In this document: positions 60,247 to 64,000 of the stretch, piece after piece
How the letters are laid out: every line of letters begins with the position of its first letter
Numbering within the stretch: the stretch's first letter is position 1
Assembly (NCBI RefSeq): GCF_009914755.1
Contig: NC_060927.1
DNA: 64,000 bases
Strand: one strand, 5' to 3'
Source of the DNA: the human T2T-CHM13v2.0 reference genome, Homo sapiens
The notes under the pieces: generated by a model
The model's database searches: none
The model's input: the letters and a program-made list of their open reading frames with translations, nothing else
Told to the model about the DNA's origin: nothing
Position numbers and translations under genes: made by a program

Positions 60247-61828
60247 TGAGAGGTGACAGCGTGTTGGCAGTCCTCACAGCCCTCGCTCGCTCTCGGTGCT
60301 TCCTCTGCCTGGGCTCCCACTTTGGCGGCACTTCAGGAGCCCTTCAGCCCACCGCTGCACTGTGGGAGGCCCCTTCTGGGCTGGCCAAGGCCGGAGCCCA
60401 CTCCCTCAGCTTGCAGGGAGGTGTGGAGGGAGAGGCGCCAGCGGGAACCGGGGCTGCGTGCGGCGCTTGCGGGCCAGCTGGAGTTCCGGGTGGGCGTGGG
60501 CTTGGCGGGCCCCGCACTGGGAGCAGCAGGCCGGCCCTGTCGGCCCCGGGCAATGAGGGACTTAGCACCCGGGCCAGCGGCTGCGGAGGTTGTACTGGGT
60601 CCCCCAGCAGTGCCAGCCCACTGGCGCTGCTCTCTATTTCTCACCGGGTCTTAGCTGCCTTCCCGCGGGGCAGGGCTTGGGACCTGCAGCCACCATGCCT
60701 GAGCTCCCCCACCCCGGGGGCTCCTGTGCCGCCTGAGCCTCCCCGACAAGCACCGCCCCCTGCTCCAGGGCACCCAGTCCCATTGACCACCCAAGGGCTG
60801 AGGAGTGCGGGCGCATGGCGCGGGACTGGCAGGCAGCTCCACCTGCAGCCCTGGTGCGGGATCCACTGGGTGAAGCCAGCTGGGCTCCTGAGTCTGGTGG
60901 GGATGTGGAGAACCTTTGTGTCTAGCTCAGAGATTGTAAATACACCAATCGGCACTCTGTATCTACCTCAAGGTTTGTAAATACACCAATCAGCACCCTG
61001 TGTCTAGCTCAGGGTTTGTGAATGCACCAATTGACACTCTGTATCTAGCTACTCTGGTGGGGTCTTGGAGAACCTTTATGTCTAGCTCAGGGATTGTAAA
61101 TACACCAATTGGCACTCTGTATCTAGCTCAAGGTTTGTAAACACACCAATCAGCACCCTGTGTCTAGCTCAGGGTTTGTGAATGCACCAATTGACACTCT
61201 GTATCTAGCTACTCTGGTGGGGCCTTGGAGAACCTTTGTGTGGATACTCTGTATCTAACCAATCTGGTGGGGAGGTGGAGAACCTTTGTGTCTAGCTCAG
61301 GGATTGTAAACGCACCAATCAGCGACCTGCCAAAACAGACCACTTGGCTCTACCAATCAGCAGGACGTGGGTGGGGCCAGATAAGAGAATAAAAGCAGGC
61401 TGCTGGAGCCTGCAGTGGCAACCCGCTCGGGTTCCCTTCCACAGTGTGGAAGGTTGTTTTGCTCTTTGCAATAAATCTTGCTACTGTTCACTCTTCGGGT
61501 CCACATTGCTTTTATGAGCTGTAACACTCACCGCGAAAGTCTGCAGCTTCACTCCTGAAGCCAGCGAGACCATGAGCCCATGGGGAGGAACAAACAACTC
61601 CAGACGCGCTGCCTTAAGAGCTGTAACACTCACCACAAAGGTCCGCGGCTTCATTCCTGAGCCAGCGGGACCACGAACCCACCAGAAGGAAGAAACTCTG
61701 AACACATCCGAACAGCAGAAGGAACAAACTCCAGATGCACCACCTTAAGAGCTGTAACACTCACCGCCAGGGTCCGTGACTTCGTTCTTGAAGTTAGCGA
61801 GACCAAGAACCCACCAATTCCGGACACA
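60247..61828 (+). mobile_element. LTR12C (ERV9) solo LTR, full length
   Basis: Starts 'tgagaggtgacagcgtg', ends 'ccaattccggacaca'; perfect 4-bp TSD ctag; CpG-rich 5' part and tandem repeats. Confidence 0.97.
60900..61400 (+). promoter_or_regulatory. LTR12C U3 enhancer/promoter: CCAAT-box tandem array, GATA site and TATA-like AATAAAA
   Basis: Nine CCAAT motifs in ~40-bp subrepeats with a 160-bp higher-order period; 'agataagagaataaaagc' at ~61379-61396. Activity at this locus is not shown by sequence. Confidence 0.7.
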
Positions 61829-63909
61829 CTAGCACATTCATGGCCTGATGGAAACGCTTTTTCTCACTGAAATTTTAAAGAAGGGTGATGAATCTCTCCG
61901 AGGCGTCTTTCCTAAGTGCACTAAGCACCTCATCTCTTAATCACCTTCCAAAGGCCCCACCTCCTAATATGATGACCTTGGGCTTCAGACTATCAGCTTG
62001 TGAACTTGGAGGTGGGGCAACCATTCAGTCCATTGTAATGGAAAATAAACACTTTTAAATATTTTTTAAAAAGAAAAGAAAGATGACATTTCTATATCAA
62101 GCTTAGGTTGCAAAAAAAATGGTGATCTGCCAGAATGAGGTAGATGATAAAGAAATTGACTTTGGGGAAATGAGTTCAAAATAATACAAGTTGAGTTTTA
62201 GTAAAATTTTGTATTTAAGTCTTTTAGGCAGTTGTGTCTATAGAATTGGTAATGTGTGAAACACTAAACCTAAGATTGCATATTAACAGCCTTTTATATG
62301 GAGATGGTAGCTGGCCCAAAGGAGTGAGTAAAATCAGAGAGAGGGTATTGGTAGAGAAAATAGAAGTCGTTTTATTTGAAAATAATCCAGAGAAGCAATT
62401 CCTTGGTGCTGATTATGGACAGCCACTGATGGAACTGTGGTTATATGGAAAGAAATCCACTAGATGATGCTTTTTTGTCCCATCTGAAATAACATCACGA
62501 AAGATTCTACTTAGAATCCATGACCTATATTTCAGGCCAAATTCTTCTTTGTTTCTCTATTAAGCTAATTCTTGACATTTGCCTAAAGCGAATTCTAGGT
62601 TTTTATATGGTTTTATTTTACCTGGTCTTCTGTATTAAAAAAAAAAAAATGAAAACCAACCAAACAAAAAGAAATCTTTCTTTTGAATAAATTACTATGT
62701 TGGATGTTGGATATACATTTAGAAGATAAAAACCAAAAGCTAGAAGAACAATTTACTGATATGCAGAATGAATAAAAGCATTTCTTTTCAAGCTTCTAGA
62801 ATTCACTGCTGTTTCAAATCTTTTCCTAGAATAATAAAGGTCCAAATGGGCAGATAAAAATGCTAATTAAATTGGCTTTTAGCTCCAGCACTGTAAGGTT
62901 TGTGATAATTACTAGCCATTCTCTGTCACATTAGACAGATGAGGCTTAACCTCAAAACTAGCAGAAGAAAATCAACATTCTTAGGAACTTTGTTCAGGTC
63001 CTCTTACACTTTTTCTTAAATTACTATTATTAGTCATTTTAAAAGGATTTCTATTTGACTTTTTGCAGGATACTCATGTTTTCTGCAATACAATAGCATT
63101 TGCAATTTAGTTACTTTTGCTTGTTTTTTTATTTTGTTTTGTTATTAATTCCGGTGGGGTTATTAGATGAGGAGGGGCAAAGACTTGTCAGTTATTTGAG
63201 ATACTATCTTTGGCTAAATTTGGTTGGTGTTGCCTCTGTGACTTTCTCAGGGCAAGAAAGAGTGAATGTTTTAGTGAACTAAAGGGTCAATTTGACTTAG
63301 TGAAAAGTTTGAAAAATTTAAGAAAAACTGATTGTTTTGCTGGATTGATAAAGTCAGAATAATTTTCATGTCTTGGGAAAACAGATAAAGAGGGACTCAA
63401 GTAGTCTAAGAGAATACCTGCTGCAACTATTTACTTTCAGAAAGATTAGTAACTTATTCTGAAAAATAGAATCTTATATGCCTCCATATTTGTCTTGGAC
63501 TAAATTATGTTTAAGATAGTTCTTATGGTTTATGTTTCTATATCAATTTTAAATTGAATCAAATTTGTTATTAGGTTGTTTCCCGATAAATCCTTTGTTT
63601 GAATTATTTTCTAGCAAATATTACCATTTGGTTTCAGATCTGACTACTACTGAAAATAAACTTTAGGTTTTATCTACTTCCTCAACATTTATTTCAGTTT
63701 TAATAATACCCTGATCTTTGACTGTCTCAGGTACTGGGGTACTAAAGCTACTTTCCTGTTCATGCTGTTTTCAAAGACCTTTTGAAATGGCAACATCTTG
63801 AGAAAACTTAGAATAATCACAAAAGGCAGTCTACAATCTCAATCCTCAATTTTTATATAAATGAAAGCTTTCATCAAACTATAGTTTAGATTCTAGACCA
63901 TAACTATTA

Positions 63910-64000
63910 TTCTTTTTTTTATTATACTTTAAGTTCTAAGGTACATGTGCACAACATGCAGGTTTGTTACATATGTATACATGTGCCATGTTGGTGTGCT
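63910..64000 (-). mobile_element. L1PA4/5-like 3' end, continuing beyond the window
   Basis: 'ttattatactttaagttctaaggtacatgtgcacaacatgcaggtttgttac'. Confidence 0.93.

Larger units (their letters stand above)
60130..62037 (-). mobile_element. MLT1A-like LTR split by the LTR12C insertion (60130-60246 and 61829-62037)
   Basis: 'gtggcttataaacaacagaaat' on the left; 'taatcaccttccaaaggccccacctcctaata' and 'cattcagtccattgta' on the right. Confidence 0.82.

Noticed and set aside
60240-60980. 246-aa ORF and overlapping ORFs
   Set aside because: Almost entirely within the GC-rich part of LTR12C, where stop codons are rare; low-complexity G/P/A peptide, with ORFs in several frames on both strands
60900-61360. 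Regularly spaced ~40-bp repeats resembling a CRISPR array
   Set aside because: No unique spacers and no cas genes; these are the known ERV9 LTR U3 tandem repeats in primate DNA

Overview
This is AT-rich primate genomic DNA, most likely human or another hominoid given AluY/AluS/AluJ, L1PA3-like and LTR12C elements. I recognise no protein-coding gene, RNA gene or CRISPR array. Most of the window is nested retrotransposon sequence (L1, Alu, MaLR/ERV LTRs, L2, MIR, probable CR1) separated by unique intronic or intergenic DNA. The longer ORFs in the track come from L1 ORF2, Alu, THE1-int or LTR12C; the rest look like chance ORFs. I found no evidence of a new biological system. The most notable signals are structural: (1) a short L1PA insertion with an apparent 3' transduction at ~40.6-40.95 kb, (2) a 59-bp locally templated insertion bracketed by a 14-bp duplication at ~11.25 kb, (3) a 67-bp-arm inverted repeat at ~21.8 kb, (4) a duplicated LTR/flank junction at ~40.4 and 41.8 kb, and (5) an intact LTR12C promoter cassette. 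Subfamily calls were made by eye from remembered consensus features and need confirmation with RepeatMasker/Dfam. Boundaries of old repeats are approximate.
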